Of a stretch of DNA of 64,000 nucleotides, positions 53,401-64,000 are shown piece by piece. Made by a program: the position numbers and the translations under genes. This DNA is from Rhina ancylostomus (taxonomy: Eukaryota): NCBI GenBank assembly GCA_030265395.1, contig JARFYF010000062.1:16083398-16147397 (forward strand), given 5' to 3'. The notes under the pieces were generated by a model. That model searched no databases, was not told where the DNA came from, and saw only the letters and a list, made by a program, of their open reading frames with translations. The stretch's first letter is position 1; each line of letters starts with the position of its first letter.

Positions 53401-54489
53401 AATTATCTTCAAACTGAATCATTAACCCTGTCTCTCTCTCCACACACACTGTCCGACCTGCTGAGTGTTTCCAGCATTTTCTATTTTATTTCAGATTTCC
53501 AATGTTTATAGTTCTTCGATTTTCATTTATTGGTAATTCTTTGCCATTTTGCGTCCAACTCCATCTTTCCTGGGATAACACAACACTGCTACATACAGTA
53601 TTTCAGATGCAGCTGTACTGAAACCCTGTACACACGGTGATAAACTTCCTCACTTCTGTACTCCAGCTCCATGCAGCAGAGTTCAACAAACCATTTCACT
53701 TATTACATGCTGTACCTGCACAACTATTTTAATGTTAATATTCAAAGGCACCCACATCTGTGAACACCAACACTTAATGGTTGTGCTCTTTTTCAAAATA
53801 CTGAATGCCATTTGTATCCAAAAAGGAGACAAGACACATCAGGTGCTGGAATCTGGAGCAACTGATAACCTGCTGAGTTCTCCCAGCAGATTATAGGTTG
53901 CATGATAAATTGCAGTGTGGTCACAACCTGTTGATATTTCTCTCTCTGCTTTTAGCTGCATGCTACATATATAAGTGAACCTAAAGATAAGCGAACAGTC
54001 ACATCATACGCAAGAAGCCATTGACTTGTGAGCATCAGGTTACACACAAGCTTTGACTGGCTCTGGAACCTACAACCCGGCTGTTCAAGCAACTGAACTG
54101 AACCTCTGCTAACGTTGTCACATTAATCTCATGATACTAAACCAGGATTGGGGAAAGTTTCATTCCATTGATAGCTTACAGAGGGCAAGCTCTTTCACAA
54201 GCATCTAGCACTTGCTTTTTCAGATCACGTACATTTTGTTCCTTTTGGGAGAGTGAAAATAACAATATTAAGATGGGATGGCACTCACTAAGTTGTGGCC
54301 ACTTTAAATATTGTCCATGTACAAAAGGCAAGAGGGTTCTTAATGGATGGGTACTGATCAACTCTCCTGCACTTGGAGAATGTAAACAAACACAATTAGT
54401 AAAATCCTTACCACATTTTCCTGAACGAACCCTTCCTTCTGCACAAACACGGGATTGTTCTATTCGTGCCAATTAATTTTACCTGAATA

Positions 54490-55560
54490 GACAGGAGAGG
54501 ACAAACATCGAAACAGAAAAGTATTGCAGAATTCAAGAGGTGGGCACCTCTGGGCAGCAACCACCAGGAAAGTCAAAAACACCAGAGTTTCCAGAAGTTT
54601 TACTGTGTCTGCAAAGAATGACTTCAAAGGAATCCAAGTGAAAATTGAACAATCGGAGAGATGGTACAGAAGGGAGGGTTTTAGATTTCTGAGACTTTGG
54701 GCCTATTTTGGAGGAAATATAGGAGTTGGAGGGATTACACTTCAAAGTACTGAAACCAAAATCCCCCTGGGATCTGTCATTTTTTTTAAAAAAAAGCTTG
54801 GCAGGGAGGAAGAAGAACTGGGAGTTAGAAGTATTGCAGGCAAAATAAATAGGCAGTGGAAACAAGGACAATAAATCAGGTCAGAACATGAATAATTATT
54901 AAAAGGCCAAATATAAAGGCACTATGTCTAAATACACTGCATTAAAACAAGGTGGTCCATTCATGTCATAGTTGCAAATGAAAAGAAACTAATTGTTGTT
55001 CCAGAAACCTAGCCAAACTTAAAATTCCAGAGTATTTGACATTCAAAGACAATGAAAAATGAAGAAAAAAAATGTAGTTCACTGCTCATTAGGCATAAAA
55101 TCTGTAGAGTATTTAGAAATGATCTTGGATGAGCAGATTCTGGTCTAGAATTGGAATTAGTTTAGGTGGGGCTCAATTACAGCAGGGGACAGGAAACACT
55201 GGTGAAAATTGTTTAAAATGCTTGTAATGTTGGACACAGTAGAACAAAATTAGAGATACAAGTGCTTTAATCTGATGAGGAAATAAAAATGTATTAGTAT
55301 ATAGAAAAATACTAGAGAAGTTAACGAGCCTGAAAACTGATACATCTCAAGGACCTAATTATCTGTATCTGTTTTGAAAGAGCAGCCTGAAAGTGTGCTG
55401 GCTGCTTTGGTTACATCTCACAAAATTCCACACAATCTGATGTTGTTCTGACAGATTAGAGGAGAGAAAACGTAACCTCTCAATTTAAGGGAAGAAAGAT
55501 GTGGAAGTACTGACCAGTTTGCCCAACATCAGTAATGAGGAAGATACTGGTATTTGTTAT
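54490..55560 (+). mobile_element. Highly degenerate CR1 fragments
   Basis: WYRREGFRFLRLW resembles the CR1 ORF1 C-terminus; patchy ORF2 similarity downstream. Confidence 0.6.
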
Positions 55561-55584
55561 TAAGAATGCAGTATCACTTGGCCA

Positions 55585-55860
55585 ATACAGTGGTGCACCT
55601 GGTACAGCTGCTGTCTCACAATGGTAGAGACCAGGTTCATTCCCGACCTCAGATACAGCTGCATGGAATTTACACGTTCTCCATAACTATGTGGGTTGGT
55701 AGGATATTTGCCCAGTGTAAATTGTCCTTCATTTAGGTGAGTGGTAGAATCTGGGTGGGAGTATTGTCAAAAATAATTGGAAGAATATTAAAACATGAGA
55801 TTAATGTAGAATTAGTGTACAGTTGGCACAGACTGAGGGGCCTGGTGGGACCACAGCTGG
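55585..55860 (+). mobile_element. Old V-SINE
   Basis: Degenerate tRNA head, V domain and aaattgtcc...taggtgagtggtagaatctgg body. Confidence 0.65.
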
Positions 55861-56229
55861 ACCATGTACAATTTGGGTCATCATATTGAAAGCCTGGTAT
55901 ACGCTGTAGAGGTTTCCCAGACAGGCTCCTGGGATGATGGCACGTCATTAAAGGAATGATCGAGTAGGCCAGGCTTCGAGTTTAGAATGAGATGCACCCT
56001 CACTGACAGGCACAAAATAAGAGGGCTCAACAGGGTAAAAGCAAGTGTTTCTCTTGGGTAAGAAGTTGAGAGGTAGTGGACACAGAGTCAAAAAAGGGTT
56101 AGGCCATTTTGGGTGGAAAAATGTTTCTTCTCTAAGGATAGTGATTCTTTAGAATTCTCCACACAAAGCTCAGTCATTGATTATGTTCAAGATCAATACA
56201 TTTCCAGATCATCTCCAATGATTCCTGGG

Positions 56230-56510
56230 AACCTCTGGCCTGTGACTACTCCAAGTGTAACGTAGAAGATTCAGGTTGATTGAGAATTTCAAGATCATAC
56301 ATAAGGACCACTCAGAAGCTGTGTGTTCTTGTGGTGGAAGGAGCACATTACTTCACAAACTATCCACTTCCACTCCCCTACTCTGTCCGGTGTCTCTTGC
56401 CCCAGCTATGCACAGACTGCAGTTCCCACATTGGCCTTATGAGCCACCTCAGAATCCACAAAATTCAGTCAAAGCAAGCCATTTGCAATCCTGACGGACT
56501 GCCAATGGAG
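56230..56510 (+). mobile_element. RTE-clade LINE 3' end
   Basis: CTDCSSHIGLMSHLRIH resembles the RTE/BovB C-terminal motif. Confidence 0.7.
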
Positions 56511-56688
56511 GAGGGCACGGCATAATTGGAGGATATACAGATCAGGTAGGAAAATAGTGTTTGAGGTAGAAGACAGGCCATAATCTTATTGAATGAAGCA
56601 GGCTCAAACAGCCAAATGGACTGCTCCTGTTTCTACTTATCTTCATATGTCATACACCTTCAGGGAACAGCAACTTCTGTGGAAGCAT

Positions 56689-56694
56689 TTTATT
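56689..56694 (-). terminator. Candidate distal polyadenylation signal
   Basis: AATAAA followed by GT-rich sequence at the repeat-poor/repeat-rich boundary. Confidence 0.55.
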
Positions 56695-58384
56695 TTTAAA
56701 ATCAGTAAAGATAGAAAAACAGAAACTAATATATTCACTAGTGAATTTGTATCAAAGGACAAGTCTTTAAAAAAAACATGTGCAACAAGCATACAGTAAT
56801 AAAATAGAATCAAAAGCATCTTAAGAGATAGGCACACCATATAAACAATGTTATGAATTTTACAAGGTCTCAGAGGCTGCTGCACTAATTTCATCCGTCA
56901 GAATAATTGTCAAAAGACCTGAGTAGTGGTTTTCATTCACAAGTCATTCTAAACTCTTAATTGGGGTGGTAGTAATGATTGGTTTGTATTAACAGGTAGA
57001 TTTTTTGATGCAGACATCCTTTTTTGTTGCAAAAAAAAGAGAAAAGGACCCTTTGTCTTGTCTTAGTACTACCATATCAACACTAACTCAGACCCACAAA
57101 AGTTACCCCCCTACTTCAAAACCAGTGTTTGTAACAACTCTAGAAATCTAGGCACATTGACTGGCAGGTCATGGGTATAAAAATAGACAATTTACACACC
57201 CAACTTGGTTGTATAACTGAAATCAGGTCAAAGTTTTAAAGCCAATTAAAACAAAGACAGTTTTGAAGGAAGAACAGTACCAAGAATTAAGGGAGTTTTA
57301 AAACTAAACCCACTACTCAGTCAGGAAAGAGAAATTGCCACCCCACACCAAGTTCAACCCAATATTCTCTATAAGTGTCAACTTATCAAATAGAATGAAA
57401 CTACTTGCATAACTTAATGTCACTCCATTGTTTGCACCCAACTTTACAGCAGAATGAGTTGCAAGCCCTCTGGATATCTGTGTTCCTATCAGTCTTTACC
57501 TTTGATAAACTCTGCTCCTTGGGAGAAACTCATACTAGAAATCTGAACATCATTTATTCAGTGGGTTCATAGCATTCAATCTCAACACTGGCATGCACTG
57601 CATTTTTTTTAAATTGGAAGACCCAAGCATATCAGAGGTGCAATCAAAAAAGTTCAACATTATTTGGTCTCACACATCTCAACTGTGCCATTTCATCCTT
57701 CCAGATTTAGCAACAAAACTTAGCCTTATGAACGTGGGTTTCCGAACACACATCTTAGTTTAAAAACTGCTATCTCATATGGCACCATCTCAAAATGCTA
57801 AACATGTGACATGATAATTATTCTCTCATTTTCAGATGAGAAGGTATCAAGATTACTTCTGCGAACATATCAGATCACCAGAGGCTCCCAGTGTAAAGGA
57901 AGGTACAGCAGTCTGATACACCCGCAAAAGAAACTTGCACCCTCTCTCCAGAGAGAGCATCTTCCCAGACCACCTCCATTCACAGAGTCAGCTGCAAGAC
58001 AAATATACCACACAGCTCAGACTCCCAGAGAATCCATTTCCTCCCTGCAACAGGCACATTAAAAAAAAATTCAATTTTCCAATCCAAAACCCAAATTAGT
58101 ACCATTTCTGGCAACTTGGATACTGCCAACTTCAGTGACAAAATGTCAGGGTTGAGGGAGGTCATTGGTCACCTCACAAGTAAAATTTCACTGGAATCAA
58201 AACCAAATTCATAACCTGGATTTAATCATTTTAAGATAGGCCATTGTGGAAAAGTGAAGTTTCAATTCTTTAATCTTTTTACAGAGGTTGTAACGTTTCT
58301 AGAAATAAAAATGAATGTGGAAAACCATGCATGGCAAGAGTTAAACTGAACTGCAAAAATCTCTTGTTGATTTCTACTGACCCT

Positions 58385-58625
58385 GTCACTGGCCTCTCAG
58401 AGTGAGATTGCCCAATTAGTGCCAGTCATATTACAGGCAGTTTTGTGTTATGGACGTGTCCACTGGGAACTGACTTGACACCATCCCCCTTCTCTCCACC
58501 TTACTCAGACTCCCCTTCACAGTTGTGAGGGGACTCTCAGTCCACCAGTCTGAGCTGGATTGAAACCCAAGTTTGAGAAACTGAAAAGGTCAATGTTCTG
58601 CTTGTTCTACTCCACTGCACAACTC
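58385..58625 (-). mobile_element. LF-SINE-like ancient SINE
   Basis: Reverse complement has a tRNA-like head (ggtttcaatccagctcag) and the blocks cagttcccagtggaca, gtcca.a.cacaaaac, tggcactaattgg, gagaggcca in LF-SINE order as recalled. Confidence 0.72.
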
Positions 58626-60493
58626 AAAATGCCTTCCCTTTCGCGTTCTGCAGGTCAGACAAGGTCAGATTTAGTGTCAGGCATGATTGACACCCAATTG
58701 TCTCAGACTCTGTTCAAATTATTTTCCCGGGATCAAGGTCAGGCTTTGTATTTTTTTTACTTCAGACTTTTCAAAAAGGCAAAAACAGTCTGAGCAACAG
58801 TGAACACAGTTAAAATGTTTGATATGTGATTTTTTTCTTCTTCGAAAACTGTAAGACTAAAAAAGGTTTACAAATATCAAAAGTATTTAGAAACTCTGCA
58901 GATTAGTGTCACAAATTACACTTCTATATTGCAAGTTACAAGAAGTCCACAACTAAGCAAAAATTTACTTCAGCTAACTAACTGAGCCACAAGACTTCCC
59001 TGGGGAATAAGCTCAAGTAGCTAAAAGCTAGGTGGTGACAGAGCACTGGTAAGTTATTAACCACTAAGAGTACTCAATGCTCCTTCGAAGACCTTTAAAA
59101 TGCATTAAATGTGGTTGTGCAGATTAACTTTGTTACAAGAATGCAGCCAATGGATGCCACAATCCATTTTGTTTTGGGCATTTTCAGATCTGTACATGGG
59201 AACTGTTTTCTGGGAGACAGATNNNNNNNNNNNNNNNNNNNNNNNNNNNNNNNNNNNNNNNNNNAGAGGAAGAAAAAGCAAATGGAAAGAGTAGCAACAA
59301 GAGACCAGTTTAGCACCACTCTCCCCATATCGGTTTCAGTGTAAAAAAAGTACAACCCAATGCTTCAGGTGAATAAATACAATTATAAAAGATTCCGCTT
59401 GCTACAGGAACATTCAACCTTTAATTACATGTGCAAAAACTTTAAAACATTTATCTGTAAAACTATCCTTTCCTTTCATTGTATCTCTAATCAGCTATCC
59501 AATGAGGTAATACAATGGCCTCTTGCAGTCATATCTACAGTAACTGGGGAGCGGAGCTGGACATGCCAACAGTGAAACTTTTATTGAGAAGCTTCCCAGA
59601 AGTTTTAAGTCTGAGTCACCTGCATTTCAAACAAAAGCGATTCCTGAGGTCACATTCTCAGAGTACAACCAAAGAATTCATGGCAGAGATAACCCATGAA
59701 TGCTTCCACCAGCCATTAAAGCACTCTTAACCACATCATTTCTTATTTAAACCATTCCAACAAGTCTCCTGCTTTTCCTGTCCCCACCCTACCATATCCA
59801 GGTAGTCTGTCTTTATATTGTTCATGACCTTCATTTTTCCTCTCCCCTACCCTCCTTTCTTAAAGAATTTAATGTGCTTGATGACAGAATCACTGACAGG
59901 AGCTCAGTAGTAATTGCTGGCAGGAGATACAATGCCCAATTCACTCCCAAGCTTCTACTTACAGATTGGACAGGAATTTTGCAGGACGTGGATCAAGAAC
60001 CCTAGTCAGTTTTATCCTCACAGTTTAGTATCACTGCATAAGTTTAGCAGTGTATCTGCTGCAATTAGTCATCGTATCGTGGGACTTCATTAGATAGTAC
60101 TGTCCTATACCTGGAAGCAACCTTCCCTCTAACCTAAACAGAAGCAGCTTCTCAGAAGCCAGCATAACCTACTGTTAATTTTAACTGAGGTTTTGTAAGC
60201 TGTGAGTACTCTTAGGGTTAACAACATTACATGTCCAAGCACACCAGCAAAGAACATCTTCAATTAGCGTTACAGAAAATTCAGAGGCTTCAGAGAGCCA
60301 GGAGGTTACACCACCAGACAGCACCACCATCATACGAACACCTCATTTGTTTCTCTTTAGTACATCTGGAAGTTAAATTTTAAAATTTTACTAAAAGATC
60401 AATGAAGAAAAGTGTTTAATCAATATAGAGATTTGCTTCCCCCCTCCCGCTACTGTGGTATATGTATTGAGGTTAAAGCACATCACAAAGCAT

Positions 60494-60624
60494 TCAACTT
60501 TCAGGTGGAACCAGTGTCCTCAAGAGTTTGTGGAATGGTAGCCCAGAGATGAGGTAGGGTAAATGCTCGGTGCAGTATTGATACCCAGGAGAAATGGTCC
60601 ATATCCTTCGCTGCCTTGGTCCCA
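60494..60624 (-). CDS. Probable last coding exon of an unidentified gene (frame uncertain)
   Basis: Strong acceptor gtgttttcttttccAG and GC-richer sequence. Longest frame GPRQRRIWTISPGYQYCTEHLPYLISGLPFHKLLRTLVPPES*; the other two frames are also open for 34-40 codons. Confidence 0.55.
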
Positions 60625-62433
60625 CTGGAAAAGAAAACACATGAAATAAATGAGGATGTGCCTCTTCTATCCAGGTGCAAGCTAAAGCATCCTTGTTATT
60701 CTGAGTAAAAAGATATACATTTCAGTAAATGCAACTGCTTTCCATCTGTCAATATTAAGCAAGAAAAACATGGCCACGTCAATACTGCTCCATAGACATT
60801 AGCTCAACCTCGCTGAACAGAAGCCCAAGTGCCATGAATCTTATTTTTAGCATGCAGCATTTTTTGACCATGTGAGATGAAGTACAGCAATGCAGTATGC
60901 TCCAGAGAGCACAAGACGGCAGATTCTGGCAATCCAACTCCAGGAGCATGAACAGTTCAGATATTTCTGCTCAAAAGTCCCCTTCCTCATCTCTACATAC
61001 TCAAGTGTGACAACTACAGGTTAACTTTACCAATGCCTTCACTTCTGGGAGGATACCAATGCCTTCAGTTTCATACTTTTTGACTCCAATCCTCAGTTTG
61101 GATACAACAGAAGCTGCAATGTCACCCCATTAAACAGAAAACATTACCCAAGAAGCAGAGAAGAGTCTTCAAAAAGCTTTGCATCCAAATAAAGTCAAAC
61201 ACCCAATGCTATACTTGCAACAGCATCAGAACAATTTGTTTTTAAAATTTTTAGTCTAAAATTCAACACAAATCAGAATATTCTCAAGGGACGGTATGAC
61301 CAATTCTGAAGTTGCTCACACTAGCTGATCTATAGTTAGGAACAACTTCAATTACTTGAATTCTCATAGGATGCACATGAACTGTTGCCATAAACGGATG
61401 GCAGAAACCAGAAGAGCGAGTTAAAGTCAATACTAATGACTAGCACAAGTTGATGTCTGGAACTCCTTTTGCAACCATATAATCAATANNNNNNNNNNNN
61501 NNNNNNNNNNNNNNNNNNNNNNNNNNNNNNNNNNNNNNNNNNNNNNNNNNNNNNNNNNNNNNNNNNNNNNNNNNNNNNNNNNNNNNNNCTTTTTCAACCA
61601 TATAATCAATACATAAAATGGAGTTGCAGAAGGGGTAGGTTCACGTGGAGCATACATACCGGTATGGGCCTGCTGAGCTGAGCTGAGCTGATTAGCCTGT
61701 TACCATGCTGTAAATACCATGCAAGCCAATGAAAACATTGTACCCAAGTACCAGCTGGAGAGACAATGGAGTCTTTCTGAATAGACTTTTGTTCAAAAAA
61801 GCTTTTGGAAACAAAATTACGTCAGGAGGGTGAACCTCAAGGTACAACTGAACAGAACTGCTGACACCAGTCACAAGGATACAAATCATGTCAGTTAAGG
61901 AATGGGCAAATTCATGTATATATGTTTTTGAATCAATCTTGACATTTGAATTAGTGAGCTAGATTTGTTTAAAAATTCAAAATAGGCAGCATAAGGATAG
62001 GCTTGGAAAAATGCAAAACAAAATAGTGGTGGGAGAGAGTCACTGCAGCACATTGTATGAAATACCGAATGACCAGCTGCAACTGAAACCAAATCCAAAG
62101 GCAGCATGTAAAGAAATTAATGTCCTGCAGGTGTGGTAATTACGTGTAAATTGTATTTCCTGCCCATGTGTTGAAAGGCAAAAAAACAATTTGATATACC
62201 TTGACAAAAGTAACTTTTTAATTTAGTTCTCATTCTTTCCCGCTTATACAAGCTCCCTGCACTCCAAAGGCACATTTATCACCACCTCCAAACTACAGCA
62301 CACATTGGCTCCCACTCCGAGTGTGCTGGAGCATGTGTACATGAGCAACACAGAGGCAGAAATAGCAAGGCACGATCAGAGAGAAAAGCAATGAGATGGA
62401 GGAAGGCCTTCTGTCCTAAAAATAATCTCTCAC

Positions 62434-62472
62434 CTCTGTGGGATGATGCTGAAGATGGCAAGAACTTTGCAA
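62434..62472 (-). CDS. Candidate 39-nt frame-preserving exon of the same gene
   Basis: ccattcctaaaccAG|ttgcaaagttcttgccatcttcagcatcatcccacagag|GTgaga; no stop in any frame. Confidence 0.45.
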
Positions 62473-63477
62473 CTGGTTTAGGAATGGAATGGTGATGTTA
62501 TACATTCTGCTTAGTTTATTAACTCTGTGTGATATGTGCATCTAACATTAAAAACCACTAGTGTGGTATTGGTTAATATGTTAACAGCATAATTAGAACA
62601 GGTTTGCAAGTAATTTATCATATGATAGGAAGGACTTGTCACATGACAAGAAGTTGTTTGATCATGTGTATAAAAAGAGATTTTCCACTGACGAACAGAA
62701 CTTCACCTTTGGACTCTAATTGTGAACAGTGCCTAGGGCTATGTAAAAAAAAATGCTGTCACATTTGCTGTTGCCAGGAGTCTAGGGCAGCAGCAGGAAT
62801 GCAAGAGCACTTTTGCTTGAGAATTGTTTTTCTCCTGGATCAACTAAGTCGACTTCCCTGTTGAGTCAAGGTCACCGGTGGTATTAAGGACTAGTGACAG
62901 CTCTTACATTTGCTGTTGCGAGGGTAGGGCTATGAGAGATATGTTTCCTTTAATAGGGCAAACTGTTTTCTCCTCATTATAAATTGCTTAATAAAATAAT
63001 TTTCTCAAGCATATTGACTGGATCAGAATTATATTGTATTAAACCAGCATCTTGAAATAATATCAATTATCAGATTGATGGGGTGAAAAGTGACGTGTGG
63101 TTATTAGTGAAACTCAATTGAATAGTGATACAGTAGCAGCAAATTTCTCACAACACACCACTGCACTGTCAAAGTAATGATGAGCAGGAATCAAGTATTA
63201 CAATGGAGAAATTGGCAGCTAAGAGACATTACTGGGAAGAGAAGGTGATGAGAGAGTGAATAAGGGGAGAGCATACTGAATTCACAGCAAATGCCCAAGT
63301 TAGAGATGGAGTCTAGCACTGGCATCACTCGTGTTAACACCTAATCAAAAATAGAAGCAGAAATTACTAGATTCACTAAGTAATTACAGCTTCTATGGAA
63401 GAGAAATTAATGTTTCAGAAAATGACCTTCAGCAAAACTAGGAAAAATTAGAAAGCAAATCAAGTTGCAGAGATGAG

Positions 63478-63830
63478 CAGCATAACGGTGCAGCAGGTAG
63501 AACATCCGCCTCACAACATCAAAAACCAGGTTCAATCCCATCTTCTGTCTTCAGGGACTGCGTGGAGTGTGCACATTCTCCCCGTGACCGTGTGGGTTTC
63601 TTCTTGGTACTCCAGTACCCTCCCACATCCCAAAAGCCATAGCTGGCACGATACTTGGCTATTGTAAGTCACCCCTGATCTGTAGGTGAGTGATAGAATC
63701 TGGGGGGAGTTAATAAGAATATGCAGAGAATAAAAGAATGGCATTAATGTAGGATTGGTGTAAATGGGCCGGCGTGCATTCAGTAGGCCAAATGTCAATT
63801 TCCGTGTTGTATCATTACAACTTTGTGGTT
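63478..63830 (+). mobile_element. V-SINE
   Basis: tRNA head (ggttcaatccc) and V domain gtggagtgtgcacattctccccgtgaccgtgtgggtttc. Confidence 0.85.
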
Positions 63831-64000
63831 TGAAGAGGGAAGAGTAGAAAAAGTGCCAGGGAATGTCTGTGATGGGGTGGAGCTTGAAAGAAACTGAACA
63901 ATCAAAAGATGGTGAAGATGTGCAAATCATAACAGATCTTTCTGGAGATGCAAATAAATGAAATAAGAACAGGACAGGGAAACAAAAACAATGCTGGAAC

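Larger units (their letters stand above)
56670..60493 (-). other. Probable long 3' UTR of the minus-strand gene
   Basis: Repeat-poor U-rich ~3.8 kb downstream of the candidate last exon; AATAAA on the minus strand at 59580-59585, 57553-57558 and 56689-56694; dense repeats resume just past the last one. Confidence 0.6.

Noticed and set aside
54540-54608. Signal-peptide-like KLLETLVFLTFLVVAAQ on the minus strand
   Set aside because: No ATG, and it lies antisense to a purine-rich degenerate CR1 ORF1 fragment.
61470-61612. Repeat caaccatataatcaata on both sides of a gap
   Set aside because: Short and gap-flanking; could be a TSD of an unassembled insertion or an assembly effect, and cannot be resolved here.
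1-64000. CRISPR arrays, operons or other prokaryotic systems
   Set aside because: No regularly spaced short repeats or dense ORFs; the sequence is vertebrate-type.

Overview
Eukaryotic, AT-rich, repeat-dense DNA from a fragmented assembly (ten N gaps). The repeat content (esterase-ORF1 CR1 LINEs, V-SINEs, Deu-type SINEs, Penelope, Rex/Babar and RTE remnants) points to a cartilaginous fish; this is an inference from repeat families. No intact multi-exon gene can be named. Main content: (1) several decayed CR1 LINEs, one nearly full length at 1-3860; (2) five copies of one ~400-bp Gypsy/chromovirus LTR, one attached to an integrase-chromodomain remnant; (3) diverged segmental duplications across ~19.5-52 kb whose edges coincide with those LTRs and with gaps. 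An exact 77-nt contig overlap suggests the scaffold order is wrong and may hide a collapsed ~12 kb tandem unit; (4) minus-strand exon-like segments in the duplicated block, with splice sites kept in both copies but independent disabling mutations, consistent with an unidentified pseudogenised gene family; (5) at the right end, the probable last exons and ~3.8 kb 3' UTR of an unidentified minus-strand gene, with an LF-SINE-like element in the UTR. No rRNA, tRNA gene or CRISPR array was seen. All identities and family assignments are by eye, not from database searches.
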